The notes: generated by a model not told the origin, from the sequence alone. Numbered from the stretch's first letter, positions 10,018 to 20,292 are shown. The stretch: 64,000 bases of DNA from an uncultured Pseudomonadota bacterium (GCA_963736005.1 CAVTNB010000003.1:288001-352000), one strand, 5' to 3'. Translations and numbers: made by a program.

Positions 10018-10652
10018 GCTCGCCCTCGGTTGATTTGACGGAAAGCGACGCTAATGCGCGGGCCCACCAGAGCGCGTGTTTTTGGAATGCCATGCTCGAA
10101 GTTGAGGTGGCTTTCATAGCTCATGACGAGCAAACTTCCAGGCTCGAGATCGTGATCGAGCACGCGCCGAGGCTTCGATTTGCTGCGAATCGTCATACGC
10201 CGCGTGGCTCCAAGACTCACGAGAGCCACCGGTGCATTCTCGGGGCCTCGCTCGACATGATCGCCGTGGGGTGCAACGCTATCGTTGCCATCGCGATAAA
10301 AATTCAGACCGGCCGAGGTAAACGACACACCGCAAAAAGCTTCGACGAGAGGCCGCATCCCTTGGATCGGCGCGGGGACCGTTGGATCGTCAAGTGCGTA
10401 CGATGCCACCAAGCGAGGAACATCGACCACTCGATCGTACATTGGTCTGCGTTCCGCGCGCCACTGGACGCTCGCTCGGAGTTCGTCGAACCAGGCGCGG
10501 ATTTGTGGCTCATTGAAAAGCGCCCGCTTGTAGACGATGCGACCGGTCGTGTCGTCGACGAGCGTCTCGACGTCAGGTTGCGGAAGGAATGAAAATTGCG
10601 TCACGATTGGGTACGATTTTGATGCTGCATGAATAAAGCCCGCTTTGATCAC
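10014..10652 (-). CDS. AlkB-like 2OG-Fe(II) dioxygenase
   Basis: LNFYRDGNDSVAPHGD, SLGATR, HGIPK, RISVAFR. Confidence 0.92.
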   Translation of the reverse strand: MIKAGFIHAASKSYPIVTQFSFLPQPDVETLVDDTTGRIVYKRALFNEPQIRAWFDELRASVQWRAERRPMYDRVVDVPRLVASYALDDPTVPAPIQGMRPLVEAFCGVSFTSAGLNFYRDGNDSVAPHGDHVERGPENAPVALVSLGATRRMTIRSKSKPRRVLDHDLEPGSLLVMSYESHLNFEHGIPKTRALVGPRISVAFRQINRGRA

Positions 10653-11455
10653 GATTTTCTATTTGATCCCACGCGGTGTGGACGCCGACTTGACAGCGTA
10701 GCATCCATTTTTCGCAGCTTCCAAATATTTTCGGCTGGCCATCGCCGTGCCCACTCCCGCGTCACGTACTTCGTATAGCTCGTCGTTGCATCCGGCGGCG
10801 GGCGCAGCTCGATCAAGTCCTCGAGTGTAAAGCCGTGGCGGCGAAAAAGGCGGATCCACTCGCCGTAAGGCAATTGAAAGACGACGGTGTTCTCATCCTC
10901 CCCGCCACGCATCTCAAAGTAGTCGCGCTGCAGTGACGTTTCAAGCCGATCATCTGCATCATTCCAGCACACTTCAAGCAACGGGCTGGCGATGTTGAAC
11001 GCAAAAAGTCCGCCGGGCCGCAGGAGACGACTCGCTTCCGCCACCGTGCGTTTCGGATCCGCGAACGACATCGCCCCATGATCGCAAAAAACAACGTCAA
11101 AGGAGGCGTCAGGCAAGGGCACCGATTCGCCGCTGCCAGCAACGAGCGGAAAAGAAACTCCCGCCTCGCCCATCAGGCGTCTGGCGTGTTCGAGTTGGCG
11201 TGCGGAAATGTCGAGACCGACCGGCCGGGCGCCGCGCTTGGCCAAAAAGATGGACCATTGCGCGCCGCCGCACCCAAACTCTAATATGTCTTTGCCGGTT
11301 GGATCTCCGAGCACGTTGAGGTGCGACTCTGGAATGGCCCAGACACCCCAGGCCAGCTCCTTTTTGTTCAGCTGCTCGCCGTGAACGCTCTGATAGTCGT
11401 CGCTCGTTCTGTCCCAATACGACTGATTCTTGATGACGTGATGGGGAAGCTTCAT
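10649..11455 (-). CDS. class I SAM-dependent methyltransferase
   Basis: ILEFGCGGAQ, GLDIS, FDVV, LLRPGG motifs. Confidence 0.92.
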   Translation of the reverse strand: MKLPHHVIKNQSYWDRTSDDYQSVHGEQLNKKELAWGVWAIPESHLNVLGDPTGKDILEFGCGGAQWSIFLAKRGARPVGLDISARQLEHARRLMGEAGVSFPLVAGSGESVPLPDASFDVVFCDHGAMSFADPKRTVAEASRLLRPGGLFAFNIASPLLEVCWNDADDRLETSLQRDYFEMRGGEDENTVVFQLPYGEWIRLFRRHGFTLEDLIELRPPPDATTSYTKYVTREWARRWPAENIWKLRKMDATLSSRRPHRVGSNRKS

Positions 11456-11513
11456 CGCATGGCGATGTTCGCATCGACGTCACCCGGATCATTGTTCGCG
11501 CCTCGCAGCGCTT

Positions 11514-11987
11514 CTATCCGCTGGTTATCGGTCTCGCGACGAAGTCGAACGTCATTGGGAACGCTGCACCTTGTGCAAGCTGCGATGTCGCATCCTGTGG
11601 ATAGGCATCCAGTTCCGCTACCGCACCTCTGGCAATGGCGCTGCCCGCAAGCGTCCCATCAGATTGGCGAGTTGCGTTGATCTGGAAGTTACCGTTGTCC
11701 AACGTAAACCAGCAGCGACCCTGATCGCACGAGCCAGAAACGGGAACATAGTTTCCCTGTGGGGCTTCTCGGTACCAGCCGCTGACAATTCCCCCCGAGC
11801 TCACCACAAATTGCAGCGTGCCGGGGAAAAAGCCAGTTTGCGACTGTGGGTCCGTCTCGCTCAGCGTGGTTGAATAGCTGACGACCGGCTGGTTCGTCTG
11901 GGCGGATGCCGCAACTGGTGCAATAACAAGTGCGGCCGCAGCTCCAATCAAGAGCGCATTTTTGAGCCTAAGAATCATGCAAATCAT
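11514..11987 (-). CDS. secreted hypothetical protein
   Basis: Signal peptide ending ASA; beta-rich mature part. Confidence 0.65.
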   Translation of the reverse strand: MICMILRLKNALLIGAAAALVIAPVAASAQTNQPVVSYSTTLSETDPQSQTGFFPGTLQFVVSSGGIVSGWYREAPQGNYVPVSGSCDQGRCWFTLDNGNFQINATRQSDGTLAGSAIARGAVAELDAYPQDATSQLAQGAAFPMTFDFVARPITSG

Positions 11988-12060
11988 TGTTCAACTATAA
12001 CAGACGCTGGTGAGAACCGCCTGAGACGGGTTCCGCATCCCGAAACTCGAAGTACGACCC

Positions 12061-12540
12061 ATGCGTAAAGTCAATACCAAGGACCTATCTGAGCTCACCT
12101 GGTCATCGCCAAAAGGAAAGTTCACCGGTGCGGGCCTTCAGCTCTCCGAAGCACTAGGGCGGGAGCCAAAGTCCACGGACTTGATGCGGCGGCATCCGTT
12201 TGATGTCGAGATCCTCCGCATTGCTGCCGGGAAAACTCCCTACCCGTATCACTCGCATAGCGCTCAATGGGAATTCTATCATGTGATTTCTGGCAAAGGG
12301 ATCGTGCGCCACGAGGCAGGGAGAACTCCTATCGAAACGGGTGACGCATTCATCTTTCAACCAGGTCAAGCACACCAGCTCATCAACGACGGAGCGGAGG
12401 ACCTGATTGTGTACGTTGTGGCCGACAATCCTATTGGCGAATCGTGGCACTACCCGGATAGCCAGAAATGGGGCGTGTCATCGCCAGAGCGCCGAACAAT
12501 GCGCTCCGAAGCCCTTGATTACTTCGACGGGGAAGAATAA
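12061..12540 (+). CDS. cupin domain protein
   Basis: PYHSHSAQWEFYHVISGKG...GDAFIFQPGQAHQL. Confidence 0.9.
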   Translation: MRKVNTKDLSELTWSSPKGKFTGAGLQLSEALGREPKSTDLMRRHPFDVEILRIAAGKTPYPYHSHSAQWEFYHVISGKGIVRHEAGRTPIETGDAFIFQPGQAHQLINDGAEDLIVYVVADNPIGESWHYPDSQKWGVSSPERRTMRSEALDYFDGEE

Positions 12541-12567
12541 ACTCAGCCGACTCGCGCTACAGGATTG

Positions 12568-13134
12568 TCAAGAACACGCATCAACGTCGTGAGGTTCGTT
12601 CGCTCGATCGTTGAATTGCGTCATCCAACATCGCCCCAAGAGCGAGCAGTAACAGATTGAAAGATTGAGGCGAGGCGCCATTGCAAGAAGGAGGCGGGTG
12701 ACGCCCGCTCCGCTCACTTGGACAAGCGTCACTTGCTGATTCGCGGGCAAAACTTCGCCTGACTGGATCGAGGAAACCATCACCCGCGTATCGTGACTCT
12801 TCGATGCGCTCGCCGCCTTCGCGACGAGCGGATCTACAATTGCATTGAGCGATGGAACGCGTTTGCCGTCGACTGTGATGTCGACGGTCCGAAGGAGCGC
12901 TGGACCGACACCGTCGTTTCGCATGGCGACGCTTAGCGACGATGCTCCTCGGGTAACATCGAAAGATACGTAGGGCCAAACCGTTGCCGAAAATTGCTGA
13001 GAGATGACGTGCGTTTGGTACACCAAGGCAGCCGATGTGATGGCGCTAATGAGCAACGCGCTGCAGGCGATGATCACGTCGTAACGGACGGCCTTATCTT
13101 GCATAACGTTATGGTTCCCTCGCATCCCTATCAA
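12568..13134 (-). CDS. membrane-anchored hypothetical protein
   Basis: One N-terminal TM; VWPY, N.GVGPA, ICYCS..G.CW motifs. Confidence 0.7.
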   Translation of the reverse strand: MIGMRGNHNVMQDKAVRYDVIIACSALLISAITSAALVYQTHVISQQFSATVWPYVSFDVTRGASSLSVAMRNDGVGPALLRTVDITVDGKRVPSLNAIVDPLVAKAASASKSHDTRVMVSSIQSGEVLPANQQVTLVQVSGAGVTRLLLAMAPRLNLSICYCSLLGRCWMTQFNDRANEPHDVDACS

Positions 13135-13161
13135 ACCGTTTGGCTATGGTAAACTAACAAC

Positions 13162-13839
13162 ATGAGCGACCTAGCGAGAAAAACGGTCCTTGGATTCGCG
13201 TTTCTTATCGTCGCCTTGGGAGTCTTGCTTTTGGCTCCTGCATGGACGCTTCATTTCTGGCAGGCATGGGGCTACCTGTTTGTCTTTGGCACTTCAGCCG
13301 CACTGGTGACCGCCTACTTGTGGAGGTACGATCCGAAGCTTCTTGAGCGCCGGGTACGAGCTGGCCCCTTAGCCGAGAAAGAAACAGGCCAGAAACTGAT
13401 ACAATCCTTGGCAAGCGTCGCATTCATTGGTGCCCTTGTCGTTCCTTCGCTCGATCATCGCTTTGCGTGGTCGCACGTTCCGGTCTCAGTTGTGATTGCG
13501 GGGGACGTTTTAGCGGCTCTCGGCTTTCTCATCATTTTTGTTGTCTTCAGGGAGAACCAATTTGCCGCCGGGACGATCGAAGTTTCCCAGGGCCAAGAAG
13601 TCATTTCAACAGGGCCGTATGCAATCGTTCGTCATCCCATGTATGGAGGCGCACTTGTTCTGCTCTTAGGCACCCCTGTGGCACTCGGATCGTGGTGGGG
13701 GCTCCTCACGTTCATACCGATGACCTTCATCATCGCATGGCGGCTGCTGGATGAAGAGAGATTTCTTTCCAAAAGTCTTTCCGGCTATGCGCAGTATTGT
13801 CAAAAGGTTCGCTATCGTTTGGTACCGCTTCTTTGGTAG
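13162..13839 (+). CDS. isoprenylcysteine carboxylmethyltransferase family protein
   Basis: VISTGPYAIVRHPMYGG, DEE..L, GY..YC.KVRYRLVP. Confidence 0.92.
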   Translation: MSDLARKTVLGFAFLIVALGVLLLAPAWTLHFWQAWGYLFVFGTSAALVTAYLWRYDPKLLERRVRAGPLAEKETGQKLIQSLASVAFIGALVVPSLDHRFAWSHVPVSVVIAGDVLAALGFLIIFVVFRENQFAAGTIEVSQGQEVISTGPYAIVRHPMYGGALVLLLGTPVALGSWWGLLTFIPMTFIIAWRLLDEERFLSKSLSGYAQYCQKVRYRLVPLLW

Positions 13840-13878
13840 AGCCTGCTCGCCTAGAAAACCGGAAGGGCAAGCATCGGA

Positions 13879-14538
13879 TTGGGGGAATCAACGCACCGCG
13901 TGCTTAGCACCTCAATACGCTTGTGGTACTGCGCAGCAACAGCGATTATCGCTGCCGCGATTGCCGATCCATGCGTCGAATTTGCCTCGAACTCCGGGTG
14001 GTTCGGTCCCGGGCGCTTTACGGATCGAAGCAACCTGGATGTCGTGCCAGCTCTGCTCGTTGGGCTGGCCGTGATCGCCTGGTATGTCGGCCTGCGTATT
14101 CGCGAGGTCGCCTTAGGTCTGCGTTTTGAGGTCATCCACCGACGCATGGTGGCGAGTCATGCTTTCGCCACAGACCTACTGATGGTGCTTTGCGCGGCAT
14201 TTTCCATCCAGCTGCTAGCCCTTTTTGGGATGGAAACAGCAGAGCAGGCAGTTGTCTACGGTCATGTCCTTGGCGGGTGGATATGGCTCGGCGGCCCCTT
14301 CATCGCGAGCCTTACCGTGCACGGACTTTTTTGCATTCTCACTGCTCTGGCGCTCGCGACGCTCTTATACCGCTTCGAAAGAAATGCGGGTCGGGTCGCC
14401 CGCTTCATCCTTTACGCAGGCCGGCGTTCGCGCGAAGCGTATGCGCCACTGCGTCGTGACAAGGATTCCTCCGTCCTTCGTCAACCCTCACTCCACAGTC
14501 GAATCGGCGAACGCGCGCCTCCGCTTCTCGCGTCGTAA
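13879..14538 (+). CDS. membrane protein with C-terminal RAPP motif
   Basis: About four TM segments; ends ...HSRIGERAPPLLAS. Start uncertain. Confidence 0.65.
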   Translation: MGESTHRVLSTSIRLWYCAATAIIAAAIADPCVEFASNSGWFGPGRFTDRSNLDVVPALLVGLAVIAWYVGLRIREVALGLRFEVIHRRMVASHAFATDLLMVLCAAFSIQLLALFGMETAEQAVVYGHVLGGWIWLGGPFIASLTVHGLFCILTALALATLLYRFERNAGRVARFILYAGRRSREAYAPLRRDKDSSVLRQPSLHSRIGERAPPLLAS

Positions 14539-14616
14539 CCTACCGTAACTCTTGCCGGTGCCTCGCAGAGCGAAAATATCTCGCTGTGCGTGCGTTACTG
14601 CTGTGGAGCGCATATA

Positions 14617-15864
14617 ATGAAACCTCGTTCACTTTTGTGGAAGCGCCTCGCCCTTGTGGTCGCGTGTTGCGCCATTGCAATCGTGCTCTTCAAACTTGCC
14701 GCCACCCTCGTGCGGTATACGCCACAGTATGCGGGTGGCATCGCCGCTCGGCTGTCGATGGGTGCTCGTCCGATGAATATCTTGGTCGTTGCGAACAACG
14801 CTCGGGGTGTTGCGGCCAACGATCCGCTCGGTTTGGGTACGGCGGCCGGCCAAGCCGATGTCATTATCTTGGCGCGAGTTGACCCCAAGGCCCACACGAT
14901 TTACGCGATAACGATACCGCGAGATGCTCTTATCGCGCAACCACAATGGCACAACACCGTGCCAAAAATCAAAACATTGTTCTTCATGGGAGATCAGCTG
15001 GCGCCGCCGCGCGGACCAGAAGATCTCGCTGCTGCGGTCGCTTCACTCACCGGGCTACCGGTCGACGGATACCTCGTCGCGAACTTTGCGGGCTTCAAAG
15101 AAGCCGTCGACTTGGTTGGTGGCCTCACGATCGACGTCAAGGCGAGGATTTACGATCCAGTCAACAGCCACGCGGACTTTGAGCCAGGCATCCAGCATAT
15201 GAACGGAGCGCAGACGCTCGCGTTCGTCCGCGTCCGTCAAAACGCGGCTGGCAACACGTACAGAGTCAACGATTATCAGCGCATGCAAGCTGAAGTTGAG
15301 GTCCTAGGTCTCCTCCGCAACAAGTTGCTGGACCCCGCACACGTCTCAGCGCTCTTGCCAAAATTCATCGCACGTATGAGACACAATATCGCGACAAATC
15401 TCTCGCAGGAAACGCTGGTTCGCGTGGGCGTCGCAATGGCTGGGGCACCCGTCTATCAAGTGCCTTTGGGATCACCTACCGACTCGATGGTTCTCGCGCG
15501 AGCACACGTCGCGGGCCTGAATCGCGAGGGTCTCATTGATGAGGCGGAATACGACGTGCTCGACCCCTCCGACGTACGCCAGCATCTGGCGCAATTTGGA
15601 GCGCGCGCGTCAAACAGCGGCTTGCCGCCTTTTCCCCGACCCGCGTCCATCCACGTGGATCTGTACGGCACCACGCATCTTGCCCTGCATCTTGCGCATC
15701 TCGGCTTCACGCGCATTCATCGCCTTGGACCACCCACAGGCGAGAATCGTCTCGTCTATCCGGCTGCGAATCCGGCATCAGGGTGGGAGGTTGCGCGGGA
15801 TTTGGAACTGGGGAACGTCTACGTCGAACCCGGGGACAGCGCCAGCGTAACAGTATATCAGTAA
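14617..15864 (+). CDS. LCP (LytR-CpsA-Psr) family protein
   Basis: N-terminal TM, ADVIIL, TIPRD, FKEAVDLVGG, LAFVRVR, DYQRMQ. Confidence 0.9.
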   Translation: MKPRSLLWKRLALVVACCAIAIVLFKLAATLVRYTPQYAGGIAARLSMGARPMNILVVANNARGVAANDPLGLGTAAGQADVIILARVDPKAHTIYAITIPRDALIAQPQWHNTVPKIKTLFFMGDQLAPPRGPEDLAAAVASLTGLPVDGYLVANFAGFKEAVDLVGGLTIDVKARIYDPVNSHADFEPGIQHMNGAQTLAFVRVRQNAAGNTYRVNDYQRMQAEVEVLGLLRNKLLDPAHVSALLPKFIARMRHNIATNLSQETLVRVGVAMAGAPVYQVPLGSPTDSMVLARAHVAGLNREGLIDEAEYDVLDPSDVRQHLAQFGARASNSGLPPFPRPASIHVDLYGTTHLALHLAHLGFTRIHRLGPPTGENRLVYPAANPASGWEVARDLELGNVYVEPGDSASVTVYQ

Positions 15865-15886
15865 GTCGAGCGTTTGCCTTGAGCAG

Positions 15887-16303
15887 TTAGAACTTGATCC
15901 CGGCTTTTTGCACTTCTTGATACGGAATGAGCCAAACCAACGATTCGTCGTGCAGGTCCACGACCTGAATTCTGTTTCCGAACGGATCGTGGAAATCGCA
16001 GCGAAAGCCTGGAATGAGTCTAAGGCCGTATTTTTTGGTCACTTTCTCTCGCACGTGGGCGATCTGTTGCTCGTCTTTGACGATGAGCCCAAAATGCCGC
16101 ACCCTGTCGGGCTGCATCGCCTTGACTTCAAAAAGCGCCAAGAATTGGTGCTCACCAAGCTTGAAGAATGCGTCGCCCTCCCCTTCATCTTTTTTTTCGA
16201 GGTTGAAGACGTCTGAGTAGAAGTCGACTGCCTTCTTCACATCGGTAACCTCGATCGCGATGTGGTTCAGTCCGTATACTCTTACCTTCGGGTCAGTCGA
16301 CAT
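15887..16303 (-). CDS. VOC family protein
   Basis: LNHIAIEVTD...FYSDVF...HFGL...DPFGNRIQVV; GGAGG RBS. Confidence 0.9.
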   Translation of the reverse strand: MSTDPKVRVYGLNHIAIEVTDVKKAVDFYSDVFNLEKKDEGEGDAFFKLGEHQFLALFEVKAMQPDRVRHFGLIVKDEQQIAHVREKVTKKYGLRLIPGFRCDFHDPFGNRIQVVDLHDESLVWLIPYQEVQKAGIKF

Positions 16304-16325
16304 GTGAGGTTCCTCCAATCTTGAC

Positions 16326-17297
16326 CTAGAGGGTCAACTGCTTCCCCACGCCCCCAGCGACCGCTCGCTCATACACGAGCCGAGCGCAGGCGACGTCTTC
16401 GATAGCGATGCCGAGCGAGTCGAAGATCGTAATGTCGTCATGGCTCCGCCGGCCGGGAGCCTTGCCGGCGATGACATCGCATAGCAGAGTCAAAGCTGGC
16501 TTCGCTGGTAGTCGGCTCTCGCGCATTGTGAGGATAATATTGGCGCTCTCGTTGAGTGCGCCGTCCATCGAATCAACGACGATCGTTGCGCGCGCCATAA
16601 GCTCGCCTGGGAGCTCTCGAGCAGTTGGGCCGCTCATACCGACCGCATTGACGTGCGTGCCAGAGTCAATGTCGGACGACGCAAGGATCGGATCGCGCGC
16701 CGACGTCACCGTGCAGACGACGCCGGCACCGTGACACGCATCGCTCGGGCTTGTGGCGACGCGCGCACGCAGCTCGCACTTGCCGGCGAAATCCACAAGG
16801 TCGGCCGCTTTGGTTTGCGTGCGGCCCCACACCCGAAGCTCTTCGATGTGCATCACCTCGCGCAGCGCGCTCATGTGAGCACGGGCTTGCACGCCCGTGC
16901 CCAGAATCGCGACGACGCGGGCATCGGGTCGCGCCAAGGCGCGAGTGGCGAGCGCGGAAGCGGCCGCCGTGCGTATTTCAGTGATGAAGCGGCCATCCAT
17001 AATGGCCTGTGGTTGTCCTGTGCGCGGATCGAATAGTGCGACGAGCGCTTGGTGCGTGTGCATGCCCGTCGCGGCGTTGCCGGGAAAGAAGGTGACGAGT
17101 TTAGCGCCTAACGCCGCGGACTCACCTCCAATCGAACCCGGCATCGCGCCCAATATCCCACCATCTGTGGTCGCCACGGTCCGCAGCGGCATGCAGATTT
17201 GCTTTGCCGCCTGAGCGCGAAACGCACCCTCGAGAGCGGTGAGGACATCACCCATCGGCAACAGCGACGCGACCTCGCGTTCATTGAGAAATATCAA
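16326..17297 (-). CDS. ornithine cyclodeaminase/mu-crystallin family protein
   Basis: KLVTFFPGN, ITEIRTAAASA, GTGVQARAH, FDSLGIAIEDVA. TTG start overlaps the upstream stop (TTGA); the 523-aa ORF call is over-extended. Confidence 0.9.
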   Translation of the reverse strand: MIFLNEREVASLLPMGDVLTALEGAFRAQAAKQICMPLRTVATTDGGILGAMPGSIGGESAALGAKLVTFFPGNAATGMHTHQALVALFDPRTGQPQAIMDGRFITEIRTAAASALATRALARPDARVVAILGTGVQARAHMSALREVMHIEELRVWGRTQTKAADLVDFAGKCELRARVATSPSDACHGAGVVCTVTSARDPILASSDIDSGTHVNAVGMSGPTARELPGELMARATIVVDSMDGALNESANIILTMRESRLPAKPALTLLCDVIAGKAPGRRSHDDITIFDSLGIAIEDVACARLVYERAVAGGVGKQLTL

Positions 17298-17557
17298 TCG
17301 CTCGATAATCCCTCCGCTGACGGGGGAAGCGCGAGTCGACCAGTGATCGTTAGATCCTGCACGCGCAGCGACTTCACCGCAAGCTCGCCGACCTCGAGCT
17401 CCCCAAATCGGGCGCTGGCGACTGTGCTTTTGCGTATCGCGACCACACCTAGCGCAAGCGAACCGATAGCCAGTGCACCGATTGCAAACGCGCCTATAGC
17501 GAGCGCACCCAAGGCAACTGCACCGGCGCTGGCCCTGCTGATGTTGGCACTCTGCAT
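17294..17557 (-). CDS. small membrane protein with GAxAI pentapeptide repeats
   Basis: AAGGAG RBS; GAVAL-GALAI-GAFAI-GALAI-GSLAL repeats; coupled to the cyclodeaminase gene. Confidence 0.7.
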   Translation of the reverse strand: MQSANISRASAGAVALGALAIGAFAIGALAIGSLALGVVAIRKSTVASARFGELEVGELAVKSLRVQDLTITGRLALPPSAEGLSSD

Positions 17558-17736
17558 AGCAGTGCTCCTTGCGGAAAGCTACACGGGCGGAATGGTCCAG
17601 GACGAATCCGATGCGTGCAAGGTTCCGCAGAATCCTTTGCAAGCTTGCGCTCAAGTATAATCGTACGCACACAATTGCAGCAGTTTGGGGCGCCAGTCTC
17701 GTCGAACTCCAGGCGACATTCGGGCCGAGGTGTGTT

Positions 17737-19020
17737 ATGAGCCGGATGACGGCGGTATGGTCCATTTTTCTGGCAATCGGTGCCGCGTATGTTGTCGCGT
17801 GCGGCGGTAACAGCGTTGCAACCTCCGGCCAAGGGGCAGCCTCAAGCCCCACACCAGGCGGTAGCAGCAATCCGGCGCCAACGACAAATCCGAACATTCA
17901 TATCGGTTCGGGCTTCGTTTCGAATACGATCGCGTCGGTGCCGAGTGCTCGCGAAGTTGCCGCGTTGCCCAATGGCGATTTGCTCGTCGGTACAAGCGGT
18001 GCACAAATTTATATCGTTCCTAATGCCGAGAGTGCGGGGGCAGCGGGGGCAGCGTCAACATTTATCACGCTGCCAGACTCGCCGGCTCAAAGCGTCGCCC
18101 TTTCGGCCGATCACTCGGCAATTTATGCTGCGACACAATACGGTGTCTATGAGATTCCGTACCATCTGGGCGATCAGAGCGAGCCGAATTCCTCCGCTGT
18201 CAAAATTGCCTCGGTTCGCACCGGTTCGATCTCACCGGGTTCCGACGGTGACGTTCACCACACGAGCTCGGTTGTGGCCTCCGCGTCGACCCTCTACGTG
18301 GGTGTTGGTTCGTCGTGCAATTCTTGCGTCGAAGTAGATCCAACTCGCGCAAGCATTCAAGCGATGAACCTGGACGGCAGCAGCATGCACACAATTGCGA
18401 CGCGAATTCGCAATCCCATCGCCCTTGCGATCAATCCAGCGACCGGAGCCCTGTGGGCAGCTGGTGCAGGTCAAGATAACCTACCCTACACCCACCCGTA
18501 TGAGTTTGCTGACGCCGTCACCCTGCAAACCGGTTCGCCCGTCGACTACGGCTGGCCGGATTGCGAAGAGAATCGCGTTGCATATAAGACGGGGGCTGAT
18601 TGCTCGTCGGTTGCCGTCCCTCGAGTGGAATTTCCAGCCTACGCAACGCATATTGGAGCCGTCTTCTATCCGGCAAGTGCGACTGGCGCCTATGTCTTTC
18701 CGGCGTCGATTCGTGGCGATCTTTTTGCGTCTTCCCACGGATCGTGGCATTGCTGCCCTTCAACTGTGCCCGAAGTGGCATACGTTCCAATGAACGGTGA
18801 TACTCCAAGGACCGCTGTGAATTGGTCGAATCCGGCGACGCAGTTGGTGCCTTTCATGTGGGGCTTCGGAACGAGTGCGAATACAAACTACATCGGTCGT
18901 CCGACAGGCGTCACCGTCGGATCGCAGGGGAGTTTGTTCGTCGCGGATGATCAAGACGGCGTGATCTATCGCATTCGACCAGCATCGAACGTGACGTCGC
19001 GGTTGCATAAACAGCGCTAA
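17737..19020 (+). CDS. PQQ-dependent sugar/sorbosone dehydrogenase-like lipoprotein
   Basis: Lipobox VAC, LYVGVGSSCN, RNPIALA..P.TG.LW, DYGWP.C, GRPTGV....GSLFVADD. Confidence 0.85.
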   Translation: MSRMTAVWSIFLAIGAAYVVACGGNSVATSGQGAASSPTPGGSSNPAPTTNPNIHIGSGFVSNTIASVPSAREVAALPNGDLLVGTSGAQIYIVPNAESAGAAGAASTFITLPDSPAQSVALSADHSAIYAATQYGVYEIPYHLGDQSEPNSSAVKIASVRTGSISPGSDGDVHHTSSVVASASTLYVGVGSSCNSCVEVDPTRASIQAMNLDGSSMHTIATRIRNPIALAINPATGALWAAGAGQDNLPYTHPYEFADAVTLQTGSPVDYGWPDCEENRVAYKTGADCSSVAVPRVEFPAYATHIGAVFYPASATGAYVFPASIRGDLFASSHGSWHCCPSTVPEVAYVPMNGDTPRTAVNWSNPATQLVPFMWGFGTSANTNYIGRPTGVTVGSQGSLFVADDQDGVIYRIRPASNVTSRLHKQR

Positions 19021-19176
19021 CAAATTTCATTTCGTTCTTGGGGAAGATAGCGCGTCCCACACTTTGTCCCCCGTTCCATTTGCGCAAGATTAAAACTTGA
19101 TCTGGGACGTTTAGCCCCTGACCGTCCGTGTGGTTTGGGAAAAAGATTAACGTCATCCAGAAATGGGGGCCAACTA

Positions 19177-20268
19177 ATGAGAAAACTTGCTTTCCTTGTA
19201 ATGATTACGACTCTGACGGTGCTGATCGCAGTGGCGCCGACACCGTCACTGGCGCAGGTCTCGATCGGCGTCGCGATTGGGATCAACATCGGACCGCCTC
19301 CGGTTCCTGTCTACGTGCAGCCACCGGTGCCAGCTCCGAATTACATCTGGACGCCTGGCTATTGGGCGTGGAGTCCCGATGGCTACTACTGGGTTCCGGG
19401 AACGTGGGTGCTCGCGCCGGCCCCTGGCTTGCTGTGGACACCAGGTTACTGGGCTTGGGATAACGGCGCGTACGACTGGAATCCTGGCTATTGGGCACCG
19501 CAAGTCGGTTTCTATGGCGGAATCGCCTATGGCTACGGCTACTTCGGCTATGGTTACGTTGGTGGCGAGTGGCAAGACGACGACTTCCGCTACAATACAG
19601 CCGTGACGAACGTCAACACGACGATCGTGCGCAACGTGTATGTCGACAGAACCGTCATCGTCAACAACACGACCGTGAACCGAGTCTCGTTTAACGGCGG
19701 CCCGCATGGGATTCAGGCTCGGCCGACCTTGCGCGAACTTGCCGTGGAGCATTTCGAACGCCACGACCCACCTACCGCGGCACAGGTGCAGCACCAGCAA
19801 ATCGCGGCCGAGAACCGGAACTTCCTGGCGAAAGTCAACCACGGCCGGCCAGCAGTTACGGCGGTTGAGCGCCCGCTGACTCGCACGAACCTACCCCGCA
19901 ACTTCGTGGCAATTCGGCCGCAGCACTACGTAAGTGCGAAGCAGCACCTTGCGCAAACCCGCAAGTCCCAGACTGCCGCGCACCTGCAGGTTGCACGCCA
20001 TTCGCAAAGCGTGGCGCACCCGCAGATTGCCCGACACCCGCAGAACGTCGCACATCCGCAGGTGGTCCGGTATACGCAGAGCAGCACGCGTCACCAGGTT
20101 GCCCGCTATACGCAAGGCGTTGCGCACCCGCAGCCGGTCCGACATCCGCAGAGCGTCGTGCATCCGCAGGGCGTGCGGCCTCCACAGGGCGTCATGCACG
20201 CACAGACTGCCCGTCCGCATAGCGTAGCGCATCCGGCTCCGCATCCGCACGCAACTGGACACAGCTGA
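19177..20268 (+). CDS. YXWGXW repeat secreted protein with His/Pro/Gln repeat tail
   Basis: Repeated WTPGYWAW/WVPGTW; C-terminal HPQ.VR..Q.V repeats. Confidence 0.88.
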   Translation: MRKLAFLVMITTLTVLIAVAPTPSLAQVSIGVAIGINIGPPPVPVYVQPPVPAPNYIWTPGYWAWSPDGYYWVPGTWVLAPAPGLLWTPGYWAWDNGAYDWNPGYWAPQVGFYGGIAYGYGYFGYGYVGGEWQDDDFRYNTAVTNVNTTIVRNVYVDRTVIVNNTTVNRVSFNGGPHGIQARPTLRELAVEHFERHDPPTAAQVQHQQIAAENRNFLAKVNHGRPAVTAVERPLTRTNLPRNFVAIRPQHYVSAKQHLAQTRKSQTAAHLQVARHSQSVAHPQIARHPQNVAHPQVVRYTQSSTRHQVARYTQGVAHPQPVRHPQSVVHPQGVRPPQGVMHAQTARPHSVAHPAPHPHATGHS

Positions 20269-20292
20269 TCATCCGCTAGGCGAGCTTCGCCG

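Noticed and set aside
17298..17897. N-terminal 200 aa of the 523-aa cyclodeaminase ORF
   Set aside because: Overlaps two better-supported genes; homology begins near 17297.
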